Counted from the whole stretch's first letter, positions 24,152-35,629 are shown. The stretch: 63,922 nucleotides of DNA, filler included, from Vicugna vicugna (GCA_013265495.1; 72 parts of 71 records of this genome joined end to end with filler, not necessarily neighbours in it); one strand, 5' to 3'. Numbers and translations: made by a program. Notes: generated by a model from the sequence alone, not told the origin.

Positions 24152-24445
24152 ATAATTTTCTTTTTTGGTAGTATATTTACGTGGTTTTGATATTGGTGTG
24201 ATGGTATCTTTGTAGAATGAGTTTGGTAGTATTCCTTCGTCTTCAATCTTTTGGAAGAGTTTGAGAAGGATCAATAGGACTTCTTCTTTGTATGTTTGGT
24301 AGAATTTCCCAGTGAAACCAAATGTAAATTTTCTTTGCATTCTTCGTAGGATGTGTTAGAGCCTTTATGACTACCACTCTAAAGCAAATAGATATACTAA
24401 TGGGCTAACATAATTAAAAAACAGGGTAACCACAAATCAAAAACA
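24152..24445. mobile_element. LINE-1 fragments in opposite orientations: ORF2 antisense 24152-24320, inter-ORF-like sense 24321-24445
   Basis: Antisense translation [35 protein letters not shown], then 'aggatgtgttagagcctttatgactaccactctaaagcaa...acagggtaaccacaaatcaaaaaca'. Confidence 0.75.
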
Positions 24446-24756
24446 GGGTACACAGACCTACGGTTGATGCCAAACACATCCCCAATGTGCACCAAATCTC
24501 CACTCATTTGTCTTAGAGGCACAGTTCTACAAAGGCACCAGGAGAGCAAATCCACCACCTCTGAAACCTCTGCCTGGGACTAGAATGACAGTCTTGTCTG
24601 TGATGTTGCATGGCCCCTGAGTAATGGTTCATGTTTCAGCCCCTCCTCTGCCCAGANNNNNNNNNNNNNNNNNNNNNNNNNNNNNNNNNNNNNNNNNNNN
24701 TTAATTAATTAANNNNNNNNNNNNNNNNNNNNNNNNNNNNNNNNNNNNNNNNNNNN

Positions 24757-26196
24757 CCTCTGTCACTGGGATATCCTGCGAACCCCCCTAGCATTCCCTG
24801 GGAGAGAGAAATTAGGAAATACCTCAGGGGAGACCAGCTTATGCATTTCGTTAGAACCCACGCGCTGCCCACCGTTGGTGGAACCTCCGCACGCTAAGTA
24901 TTCCGGAACCATTGTCAGTGCGAGGGGGAGCTCGAGAGACAACTCCACGCAGCTCTCTTCAGTCACAGGTGTTCCCTGTTCGGGGAAGTCCGTGAAATAC
25001 CTTCCCTCATCTTGGGAAGGAATCCTCTGTCACTGGGATATCCTGCGAACCCCCCTAGCATTCCCTGGCCCAGAGAAATTAGGAAAACCCTCAGGGGAGA
25101 CGAGCTTAAGCATTCCGTTAGAACCCACGCGCTGATGACCGTTTGTGGAACCTTCCCACGCTCAGGATTCCGGAAACACTGTCAGTGCGTGGGGGAGCTC
25201 AAGAGACAATTCCACGCAGCTCTCTTCAGTCACAGGTGTTCCCTGTTCGGGGAAGTCCGAGAAATAACTTCCCTGAACTTGGGGAGGCAGCCTCGGACAC
25301 TGGAATATCCTGCAATCACCCCTAGCATTCCCTGGCACAGAGACATTAGGAAAAACCTCAGGGGAGACGAGCTTAGGCATTCCGTTAGAACCCACGCGCT
25401 GATGACCGTTTGTGGAACCTTCCCACGCTCAGGATTCCGGAACCATTGTCAGTGCGTGGGGGAGCTCGAAAGACAACTGAAGGCATCTCTCTTCGTCACA
25501 TGTGTTCCCTGTTCGGGGAAGTCCGGGAAATAACTTCCCTGAACTTGGGGAGGCAGCCTCGGACACTGGAATATCCTGCAATCACCCCTAGCATTCTCTG
25601 GCACAGAGATATAGGAAAGCCCTCAGGGGATACGAGCTTAGGCATTCCGTNNNNNNNNNNNNNNNNNNNNNNNNNNNNNNNNNNNNNNNNNNNNNNNNNN
25701 NNNNNNNNNNNNNNNNNNNNNNNNNNNNNNNNNNNNNNNNNNNNNNNNNNNNNNNNNNNNNNNNNNNNNNNNNNNNNNNNNNNNNNNNNNNNNNNNNNNN
25801 NNNNNNNNNNNNNNNNNNNNNNNNNNNNNNNNNNNNNNNNNNNNNNNNNNNNNNNNNNNNNNNNNNNNNNNNNNNNNNNNNNNNNNNNNNNNNNNNNNNN
25901 NNNNNNNNNNNNNNNNNNNNNNNNNNNNNNNNNNNNNNNNNNNNNNNNNNNNNNNNNNNNNNNNNNNNNNNNNNNNNNNNNNNNNNNNNNNNNNNNNNNN
26001 NNNNNNNNNNNNNNNNNNNNNNNNNNNNNNNNNNNNNNNNNNNNNNNNNNNNNNNNNNNNNNNNNNNNNNNNNNNNNNNNNNNNNNNNNNNNNNNNNNNN
26101 NNNNNNNNNNNCACCCCTAGCATTCCTTGGCACAGAGACATTAGGAAAAGACTCAGGGGAGAGGAGCTTAGGCTTTCCGTTAGTATCCACGCGCTG
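24757..26196 (+). repeat. 267-bp GC-rich satellite (family A)
   Basis: Unit starts ('cctc') at 24757, 25024, 25291 and 25557; periods 267, 267, 266. Confidence 0.95.
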
Positions 26197-26296
26197 NNNN
26201 NNNNNNNNNNNNNNNNNNNNNNNNNNNNNNNNNNNNNNNNTTAATTAATTAANNNNNNNNNNNNNNNNNNNNNNNNNNNNNNNNNNNNNNNNNNNN

Positions 26297-27632
26297 TTGG
26301 TGGAACCTCCCCACGCTCAGGATTCCGGAACCATTTTCAGGACTTGGGGAAATCGAGAGACAACTCCACGCAGCTCTCTTAAGTCACTGGTGTTCCCTGT
26401 TCGGGGAAGTCCGGGAAATAACTTTCCTGAACTTGGGGAGGCAGCCTCGGTCACTGGGATATCCTGTAAACACCCCTAGCATTCCCTGGAACAGACACAT
26501 TAGGNNNNNNNNNNNNNNNNNNNNNNNNNNNNNNNNNNNNNNNNNNNNNNNNNNNNNNNNNNNNNNNNNNNNNNNNNNNNNNNNNNNNNNNNNNNNNNNN
26601 NNNNNNNNNNNNNNNNNNNNNNNNNNNNNNNNNNNNNNNNNNNNNNNNNNNNNNNNNNNNNNNNNNNNNNNNNNNNNNNNNNNNNNNNNNNNNNNNNNNN
26701 NNNNNNNNNNNNNNNNNNNNNNNNNNNNNNNNNNNNNNNNNNNNNNNNNNNNNNNNNNNNNNNNNNNNNNNNNNNNNNNNNNNNNNNNNNNNNNNNNNNN
26801 NNNNNNNNNNNNNNNNNNNNNNNNNNNNNNNNNCCCACGCTCAGGATTCCGGAATCATTGTCAGTGCGTGGGGGAGCTCGAGAGACAACTCCACGCAGCT
26901 CTCTTCATTCACAGGAGTTCCCTGTACGGGGAAGTCCGGGAAATAACTTCCCAAATCTTGGGGAGGCAGCCTCGGCCACTGGGATATTCTGCAAACCCCC
27001 CTTCCATTCCCTGGCTCAGAGACATTAGGAAAATCCTCAGGGGAGACGAGCTTAGGCATTCCGTTAGAACCCACGCGCTGCCGACCGTTGGTGGAACCTC
27101 CCCACGCTCAGGATTCCGGAACCATTGTCAGTGCGTGGGGGAGCTCGAGAGACAACTNNNNNNNNNNNNNNNNNNNNNNNNNNNNNNNNNNNNNNNNNNN
27201 NNNNNNNNNNNNNNNNNNNNNNNNNNNNNNNNNNNNNNNNNNNNNNNNNNNNNNNNNNNNNNNNNNNNNNNNNNNNNNNNNNNNNNNNNNNNNNNNNNNN
27301 NNNNNNNNNNNNNNNNNNNNNNNNNNNNNNNNNNNNNNNNNNNNNNNNNNNNNNNNNNNNNNNNNNNNNNNNNNNNNNNNNNNNNNNNNNNNNNNNNNNN
27401 NNNNNNNNNNNNNNNNNNNNNNNNNNNNNNNNNNNNNNNNNNNNNNNNNNNNNNNNNNNNNNNNNNNNNNNNNNNNNNNNNNNNNNNNNNNNNNNNNNNN
27501 NNNNNNNNNNNNNNNNNNNNNNNNNNNNNNNNNNNNNNNNNNNNNNNNNNNNNNNNGGAAAATCCTGAGACGAGCTAAGCCATTCCGTTTGAACCCACGA
27601 TCTGCCGACCGTTGGTGGAACCTCCCCACGCT
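26297..27632 (+). repeat. 267-bp satellite (family A), gapped scaffold
   Basis: Same unit ('cccacgctcaggattccggaaccattgtcagtgcgtgggggagctcgagagacaact'). Confidence 0.93.
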
Positions 27633-27805
27633 NNNNNNNNNNNNNNNNNNNNNNNNNNNNNNNNNNNNNNNNNNNNTTAATTAATTAANNNNNNNNNNNN
27701 NNNNNNNNNNNNNNNNNNNNNNNNNNNNNNNNCTCAACAAAAATGATGCCTTAGAGGCAAATTAACGACCTAAATTATTTTCTATAATTCTACATTTTGA
27801 CTTAC

Positions 27806-27996
27806 GAGGTTAGCTGACTTGCCAAAGACTTTCTATTTTCTAGCTCTTCCAGGTACAGTTGTTCGTACTTTTCCAATCTGTTTTCCTTAGAATCACTTTT
27901 TAGTTCAGGTTCCAGATCTTTAACTCTCTGTTCTGTTTGACTGCCTGAAGCACGTTTACACTCTCTTAACACGTTTTCTTGAAGTGCTGCTTGTGC
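27806..27996 (-). CDS. Internal coding exon of an ANKRD26-family gene (C-terminal coiled-coil region; diverged paralog)
   Basis: Acceptor 'ccttttaatgtgctttag|GCA', donor 'ACCTC|gtaagt', 191 nt, open frame AQAALQENVLRECKRASGSQTEQRVKDLEPELKSDSKENRLEKYEQLYLEELENRKSLASQLT. Colinear with ANKRD26 AQAASQEN..SQMELRIKDLESEL..LEKYKQLYLEELKVRKSLSSKLT (recalled). Confidence 0.85.
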
Positions 27997-28881
27997 CTAA
28001 AGCACATTAAAAGGATACAATTTTAAAAATAATTATAACCTGAGTAATTGCAGTCTGTTTGTACCCTTTAGTTTTCAGTCAATGACTCAGAGAGTAATTT
28101 TAAGTGTGAGAAAAAAGCTGAATGTTAAACTACTTATCAAGTACTCATGTGATAGTTCGAAGAATAATAGGATCAACTTAAAATTTTAAAAATTGAACAA
28201 TACAACCTAAGAGTAATCCCAGAGTGTGGCACAGCATTTACATCACAATATATTCTTTTCTTTTCCTCNNNNNNNNNNNNNNNNNNNNNNNNNNNNNNNN
28301 NNNNNNNNNNNNNNNNNNNNNNNNNNNNNNNNNNNNNNNNNNNNNNNNNNNNNNNNNNNNNNNNNNNNNNNNNNNNNNNNNNNNNNNNNNNNNNNNNNNN
28401 NNNNNNNNNNNNNNNNNNNNNNNNNNNAATGCGGCCTCCAGAAATCTACAAAACAAACTGCTATATGGGAAGCAGAGGAAACACATAAAATGTACACATC
28501 CGAACTGTAATTCTCAGCGAAGTGAGTTAGAGCACGTTACAGATCAAATCAATNNNNNNNNNNNNNNNNNNNNNNNNNNNNNNNNNNNNNNNNNNNNTTA
28601 ATTAATTAANNNNNNNNNNNNNNNNNNNNNNNNNNNNNNNNNNNNNNNNNNNNTGGGGTCCCTTCCCCTCACCTGGGAGTGAGGTGGGGGACCATCGGAG
28701 GTCTAAGCTCCTTTCTAGCTTTTATAAAAGTATAAGATTATTTTTTAACTCTTAAATTCCTCCCCCTCCTTCTTTTTCTGGGAAGATGATAGTTTCCCAC
28801 AAAAATTCTTGCTAGTCAAGGATATAGTTAAACTAGTTATTTATAATTTTTTAAAAAAATATTTGTCTTAGTTATTATAGG

Positions 28882-29016
28882 TTTTTCAATTTAATTTTGA
28901 GTGGGAGAGGTAATTAGGTTTATTTATTTACTTTTTTAATGGGAGCACTGAGGACTGAAGCCAGGGCCTCCTGCGTGCTAAGCACGCACTCTACCACTGA
29001 GCTATATACTCCTCCC
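28882..29016 (-). mobile_element. Camelid tRNA-derived SINE (Vic-1 type)
   Basis: Same structure as 11086-11216: 'gaggtaattaggtttatttattt...gtgctaagcacgcactctaccactgagctata'. Confidence 0.88.
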
Positions 29017-29598
29017 TGCAGATTTATGGTTTCTTTCTTTTTCTCCTTTCTCTCTCTCTCTCTCTTTTTCCTGCTAGTCCATGATAGAGTTAGTTAAACT
29101 GGACATCTCTGGCCATTTTACATTTGAAACGTCTAGTGGCCTTAAGAGCACGAGTGAGAGCTGGATTTGAGTGTGAGGGGGCAGCAGGTGTCCCTCCTAG
29201 TGGGCGGGGTTCTGATGCGCTTAAGCAGAAGCGCTGACTTAGAGCTGGTGCCTGGCCTGAGGGATGGGCTGGAGGTGGGGGCAGGCCTCCCTCTGTGCCT
29301 TACTCCCAGTGGTCAGTAGCTGCGGGCTTAATAGATGTACTGACGTGACAGGGAACAGATCCAAGGGCCCATTAGGGAAATTCTATTTCTTACACTCTTA
29401 CTGAGAATCTGCTGGCTGATTGGCCATCTCTGTGCCCGGACGGCTGGTCACATGAGGCTGGATCCTTGCTCTGACTCGTTCACGTGGACTGAGGCTTCNN
29501 NNNNNNNNNNNNNNNNNNNNNNNNNNNNNNNNNNNNNNNNNNTTAATTAATTAANNNNNNNNNNNNNNNNNNNNNNNNNNNNNNNNNNNNNNNNNNNN

Positions 29599-30201
29599 AA
29601 TATAGAATACCGAATACTGAATATAGAATATCAATATACAATTTATAACAAAGATTTTAGAATATAGAATACAGAATACTGAATATAGTACTTAGAATAT
29701 ACAATGCAGAACACAGCATATAGAATATAGTATACAGAATACTGAATATAGAATTTAGAATATAGAACGCAGAATATAGAATATAGGACACAGAATACTG
29801 AATATAGAATTTGGAATATGGAATGTAGGACACAGAATTTAGAATATAGAATACAGAAATCTGAATATAGAATTTAGAATATAGAATGTAGAACACAGGT
29901 AATAGAAAAATGTAGAACACAGGTAATAGAATATAGAATAGAAAATATAGAACCCAGAATTTAGAAATGGAATGCAGATTATAGAATTCAGAATACAGAA
30001 TACAGAATACTGAACAATGATTGTAGAATGTAGAATGTAGAACACAGAATATAGAATATAGAATAGGGAATGCAGAATATAGTATGTAGGATATAGAATT
30101 AAGAACATAAATATAGAATACATAATAGTGAATATAGAACCCAGAACATAGAACAAGGAATGCAGAACACAAAATTTAGAATATACAATACAGTATACTT
30201 A
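29599..30201 (-). repeat. Heptamer satellite (ATAGAAT)n (family E, reverse orientation)
   Basis: Continuous atagaat/acagaat variants. Confidence 0.93.
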
Positions 30202-32293
30202 NNNNNNNNNNNNNNNNNNNNNNNNNNNNNNNNNNNNNNNNNNNNTTAATTAATTAANNNNNNNNNNNNNNNNNNNNNNNNNNNNNNNNNNNNNNNNNNN
30301 NAAAATGTTTATTGACTTAAATTATGTTACACAATAAAAAAAACCCTACTTTTTGTAGGAAAAAAAAGTGTCTTCATAAACAAAATATCCTTCTTCAGGA
30401 ATTTTTATCTTGATATTTCTATGGTCTGTGTGGTCACAGGAAGTCAAAGTTATGGTGGTCGCTTAGAATTTCTTTTCTCTCTGTAATTTACAGGGCATTG
30501 CTACAGACGGGGCAGCAGAGATCTGCGGTAAGCTGTTCCATGGATTAGGGGAGCAGTTATAAATGATAAGGCCAGAGATCTAAAAGACTTTTAGACCCTC
30601 CCCTCCTAACTGGCAGATCTTTAAAGTAAACTAGCACAGGTATGTAACTAAGACATTGGATGAGAGGCAAATTTATAGTTCCTTTAGTGTTACTGCTCAG
30701 TCAAGGGGTAGGGACCACTCTGACCAGGAATTCCAAGACCGTGGATGGGTTGGATGGGTAGGAGGAGCTGACATTTGCTTCTGACCTGAGAGGCAGTGGT
30801 GTGTTGCAGAAAAGCCAGCAGTGCTGGAAAGATGCAGCAGGTCCACAGCCCAAAAGGAGCTGTCATATTCAGGGAAGTCAGAGAGCAAGAACCAGAGTTA
30901 GTGATGCCACAGATGTGAGGTCAGTATCTGTGTCCATAACCCACCTAACCCTACATGAACTCATNNNNNNNNNNNNNNNNNNNNNNNNNNNNNNNNNNNN
31001 NNNNNNNNTTAATTAATTAANNNNNNNNNNNNNNNNNNNNNNNNNNNNNNNNNNNNNNNNNNNNTAAAATGTTCATTTCTGAGAATCTGTGAAAGACAGC
31101 ATGGAAGTAAGTTTTTAAGATTTTCTCCTTGCTTCTCAGTGACCAGCCTGGGCTGCACAGCTTGGCCGCCACAGGCACCCAGGACTTGCCGACCTGCTCC
31201 TCACTTGTTGGGAGGAAGGTTAGCTGCTTCAGGAATATTTATGCTCTTAGAANNNNNNNNNNNNNNNNNNNNNNNNNNNNNNNNNNNNNNNNNNNNNNNN
31301 NNNNNNNNNNNNNNNNNNNNNNNNNNNNNNNNNNNNNNNNNNNNNNNNNNNNNNNNNNNNNNNNNNNNNNNNNNNNNNNNNNNNNNNNNNNNNNNNNNNN
31401 NNNNNNNNNNNNNNNNNNNNNNNNNNNNNNNNNNNNNNNNNNNNNNNNNNNNNNNNNNNNNNNNNNNNNNNNNNNNNNNNNNNNNNNNNNNNNNNNNNNN
31501 NNNNNNNNNNNNNNNNNNNNNNNNNNNNNNNNNNNNNNNNNNNNNNNNNNNNNNNNNNNNNNNNNNNNNNNNNNNNNNNNNNNNNNNNNNNNNNNNNNNN
31601 NNNNNNNNNNNNNNNNNNNNNNNNNNNNNNNNNNNNNNNNNNNNNNNNNNNNNNNNNNNNNNNNNNNNNNNNNNNNNNNNNNNNNNNNNNNNNNNNNNNN
31701 NNNNNNNNNNNNNNNNNNNNNNNNNNNNNNNNNNNNNNNNNNNNNNNNNNNNNNNNNNNNNNNNNNNNNNNNNNNNNNNNNNNNNNNNNNNNNNNNNNNN
31801 NNNNNNNNNNNNNNNNNNNNNNNNNNNNNNNNNNNNNNNNNNNNNNNNNNNNNNNNNNNNNNNNNNNNNNNNNNNNNNNNNNNNNNNNNNNNNNNNNNNN
31901 NNNNNNNNNNNNNNNNNNNNNNNNNNNNNNNNNNNNNNNNNNNNNNNNNNNNNNNNNNNNNNNNNNNNNNNNNNNNNNNNNNNNNNNNNNNNNNNNNNNN
32001 NNNNNNNTCATATATTTTTGGGAAAGAAAGCAAATGAAACACTGAAGAACAATAAACCAAAAGAGCAGATGGAATGGAAAATTTTATTGAAGAAAGCAAT
32101 GTTTGATTCAATTAAACAGCTAATGTCCCTGATATAATTGAACCATGCATCCAAATTTTTGGGAAAGTGGGTTGTGAAATTACTGTCTAATTTNNNNNNN
32201 NNNNNNNNNNNNNNNNNNNNNNNNNNNNNNNNNNNNNTTAATTAATTAANNNNNNNNNNNNNNNNNNNNNNNNNNNNNNNNNNNNNNNNNNNN

Positions 32294-33001
32294 ATTAAAG
32301 TATCCCTCAGCTTGACTTCCCTGAGTGTCTTCCTAGGCGGCGCTGTGAGAAATCGTGGGTGTTGGGCTCTAAGACCAAGTATTATCGAGTGCAACTCTAT
32401 GGGCATTTTAGGTGTTAAATAACATCCCTAACCTGTGAGCAACTCTGCCCCCATAAATATGCGTGGACTCTATTTCCCCACATCCAGTACAACACANNNN
32501 NNNNNNNNNNNNNNNNNNNNNNNNNNNNNNNNNNNNNNNNNNNNNNNNNNNNNNNNNNNNNNNNNNNNNNNNNNNNNNNNNNTCCCTTACCTTGTCTTCC
32601 CTGATGGCATGCCTAGGCCGGAGTGCGGGAGAAAGTGGGGTTTGGGCTCTAAGTCAAAGTATTATGGAGTGCTTCTCCATGAGATGTGGAGTCGTTTACC
32701 TAAAACCCCCAACGTGGGAATTCCTAAGCCCCCTGAAATATGCATGGACACTGCTTCCCCACATCCAGCACACACATGAAGCAGAGTTCTGATATTCTCA
32801 GTGTTGGGTGGCTCCTACAAATGTCAGCAGCACATGGAGTGTAGTATTATCCCTTGCTTGACTTCCTTGAGTGTATTTCCAGGCCAGGCTGTGAGCAAAT
32901 GTGGGGTTTGTGCTCTAAATCCAAGTATTAGCGAGTGCCTCTCCATGGGCAATGAAGTGTTTATACAACATCCCAAACCTGGAAACACCTGTGACCAAAA
33001 A
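32294..33001 (+). repeat. Diverged ~265-bp satellite (family B)
   Basis: Block 'gctctaa..c.aagtatta..gagtgc' at ~32647 and ~32913 (period 266). Confidence 0.85.
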
Positions 33002-33101
33002 NNNNNNNNNNNNNNNNNNNNNNNNNNNNNNNNNNNNNNNNNNNNTTAATTAATTAANNNNNNNNNNNNNNNNNNNNNNNNNNNNNNNNNNNNNNNNNNN
33101 N

Positions 33102-34712
33102 ATTCTGTGTTCTACATTGTATATTCATATTCTATATTCAGTATTTTGTATTCTATATTTAAAGTTCTGTGTTCTGCTTTCCATGATGTAAATTTTGTGT
33201 TCAAAATTCTGTATTCTATATTCCATATTCTGAGTTCAACATTCTATATTCTAAATTCTATATTCAGTATTCTATATTCTATATTCTAAATTCTGTGTTC
33301 TACATTCTATATTCTAAATTCTATATTCAGAAATCGGTGTTCTNNNNNNNNNNNNNNNNNNNNNNNNNNNNNNNNNNNNNNNNNNNNNNNNNNNNNNNNN
33401 NNNNNNNNNNNNNNNNNNNNNNNNNNNNNNNNNNNNNNNNNNNNNNNNNNNNNNNNNNNNNNNNNNNNNNNNNNNNNNNNNNNNNNNNNNNNNNNNNNNN
33501 NNNNNNNNNNNNNNNNNNNNNNNNNNNNNNNNNNNNNNNNNNNNNNNNNNNNNNNNNNNNNNNNNNNNNNNNNNNNNNNNNNNNNNNNNNNNNNNNNNNN
33601 NNNNNNNNNNNNNNNNNNNNNNNNNNNNNNNNNNNNNNNNNNNNNNNNNNNNNNNNNNNNNNNNNNNNNNNNNNNNNNNNNNNNNNNNNNNNNNNNNNNN
33701 NNNNNNNNNNNNNNNNNNNNNNNNNNNNNNNNNNNNNNNNNNNNNNNNNNNNNNNNNNNNNNNNNNNNNNNNNNNNNNNNNNNNNNNNNNNNNNNNNNNN
33801 NNNNNNNNNNNNNNNNNNNNNNNNNNNNNNNNNNNNNNNNNNNNNNNNNNNNNNNNNNNNNNNNNNNNNNNNNNNNNNNNNNNNNNNNNNNNNNNNNNNN
33901 NNNNNNNNNNNNNNNNNNNNNNNNNNNNNNNNNNNNNNNNNNNNNNNNNNNNNNNNNNNNNNNNNNNNNNNNNNNNNNNNNNNNNNNNNNNNNNNNNNNN
34001 NNNNNNNNNNNNNNNNNNNNNNNNNNNNNNNNNNNNNNNNNNNNNNNNNNNNNNNNNNNNNNNNNNNNNNNNNNNNNNNNNNNNNNNNNNNNNNNNNNNN
34101 NNNNNNNNNNNNNNNNNNNNNNNNNNNNNNNNNNNNNNNNNNNNNNNNNNNNNNNNNNNNNNNNNNNNNNNNNNNNNNNNNNNNNNNNNNNNNNNNNNNN
34201 NNNNNNNNNNNNNNNNNNNNNNNNNNNNNNNNNNNNNNNNNNNNNNNNNNNNNNNNNNNNNNNNNNNNNNNNNNNNNNNNNNNNNNNNNNNNNNCTATAT
34301 TCAGTATTCTGTATTCTATATTCTAAATTCTGTGTTCTAACTTCTGGGTTCTATATTCACTATTCTATATTCTATATTTGTGATCTTCATTCTATATTCT
34401 ACATACTATATTGTGCATTCCCTATTCTATATTGTATATTCTGTGTTCTACATTCTATATTCTTAAATCTTTATTCAGTATTCTGTATTCTATATTCTAA
34501 ATTCTCTGTTCTGAATTCAATTTCTATATTCTAGGGACTATATTCTCTATTCTATATTTTGTGTTCTACCGTCTGTTTTCTACCTTCTATATTCTCCATT
34601 CCGTAGTCTATTTTCTATATTCTGTGTTATTCATTCCATATGCTAAATATTATATACAGTATTCTGTATTCAATATTCTAAATACTGTGTTCTGCATTAA
34701 ATGTTCTAAATT
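33102..34712 (+). repeat. Heptamer satellite (family E), gapped
   Basis: ATTCTAT variants on both sides of the gap. Confidence 0.92.
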
Positions 34713-35158
34713 NNNNNNNNNNNNNNNNNNNNNNNNNNNNNNNNNNNNNNNNNNNNTTAATTAATTAANNNNNNNNNNNNNNNNNNNNNNNNNNNNNNNN
34801 NNNNNNNNNNNNTAGGGTAGCCTATGCCACATGACCGCCATTTCTAATAATGGCAGACCTAGAAAATTCCACAAATCGGCAAATCTCAAAAGAATTCAGC
34901 AGTTCAAAACTTATACTACAAGAATGGTTGAGAAATCTACCCTGAATAGAAAAGCAGCAAGATGAATTGGATAGAAGAAACCATTATTGGAAATGCAAGA
35001 AGATCATGAGTGGCAAAGAAGAAACAAGAAGGAGGCTAGGAGGACATCAAAACCCCAAAGATGGGAGAGGGAAGCAGGAAATCATAGGTGATTGGAAGCA
35101 CTCTCTTAAGTGAATCAACTTATTTGACTCTCTGTTTGAAGCTAAAGGAGAGATGCAT

Positions 35159-35529
35159 TGTCGGAGCCAGCCGACTATCGATCAGGTCCAGAAACCTGTG
35201 CTGCAGGACTGAGAAAAGGAAAGACGTAACAAAAAGACAGCAAGACAAGAAAAGTTGGGGTTGAGAGNNNNNNNNNNNNNNNNNNNNNNNNNNNNNNNNN
35301 NNNNNNNCGAGTTTATTTCAGGTGGTTCTTTTATATGATTTTAACCCATTAGCTCATACATTCCTGCACGTAGGCAATAAAGCCTAACCTCGTGACACGT
35401 ATACATTCAACTCAGGTGATACATTCAACTCAGGTGATTGTTCTCTAAAAGGATCACTGATTTGTGTGCCAATTGTATCTCTAACTCCGAAGGTCTTTTG
35501 TGACTTAATAGCTCAAAGATGTTTCCTCA
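35159..35529 (-). mobile_element. Retroviral LTR (3' part, antisense), possibly ERVK/class II type
   Basis: Begins with TG (terminal CA on the minus strand) exactly where homology to 8628-8823 stops. Antisense AATAAA ('gagtttatttc', ~35312) and TATA ('cttttatat', ~35330) lie in the order expected for U5-R-U3. Confidence 0.7.
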
Positions 35530-35629
35530 NNNNNNNNNNNNNNNNNNNNNNNNNNNNNNNNNNNNNNNNNNNNTTAATTAATTAANNNNNNNNNNNNNNN
35601 NNNNNNNNNNNNNNNNNNNNNNNNNNNNN

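Noticed and set aside
29657..30172. Hydrophobic 'FYILYSIF' repeat ORFs that look like membrane proteins (also 6506, 33107, 34561)
   Set aside because: These are translations of the ATTCTAT heptamer satellite.
31129..34326. Long ORFs of 250-340 aa (also at 26433, 35634, 41038 and 55214)
   Set aside because: They are almost entirely X residues from N-runs; only the L1-derived part near 55088-55392 has real coding ancestry.
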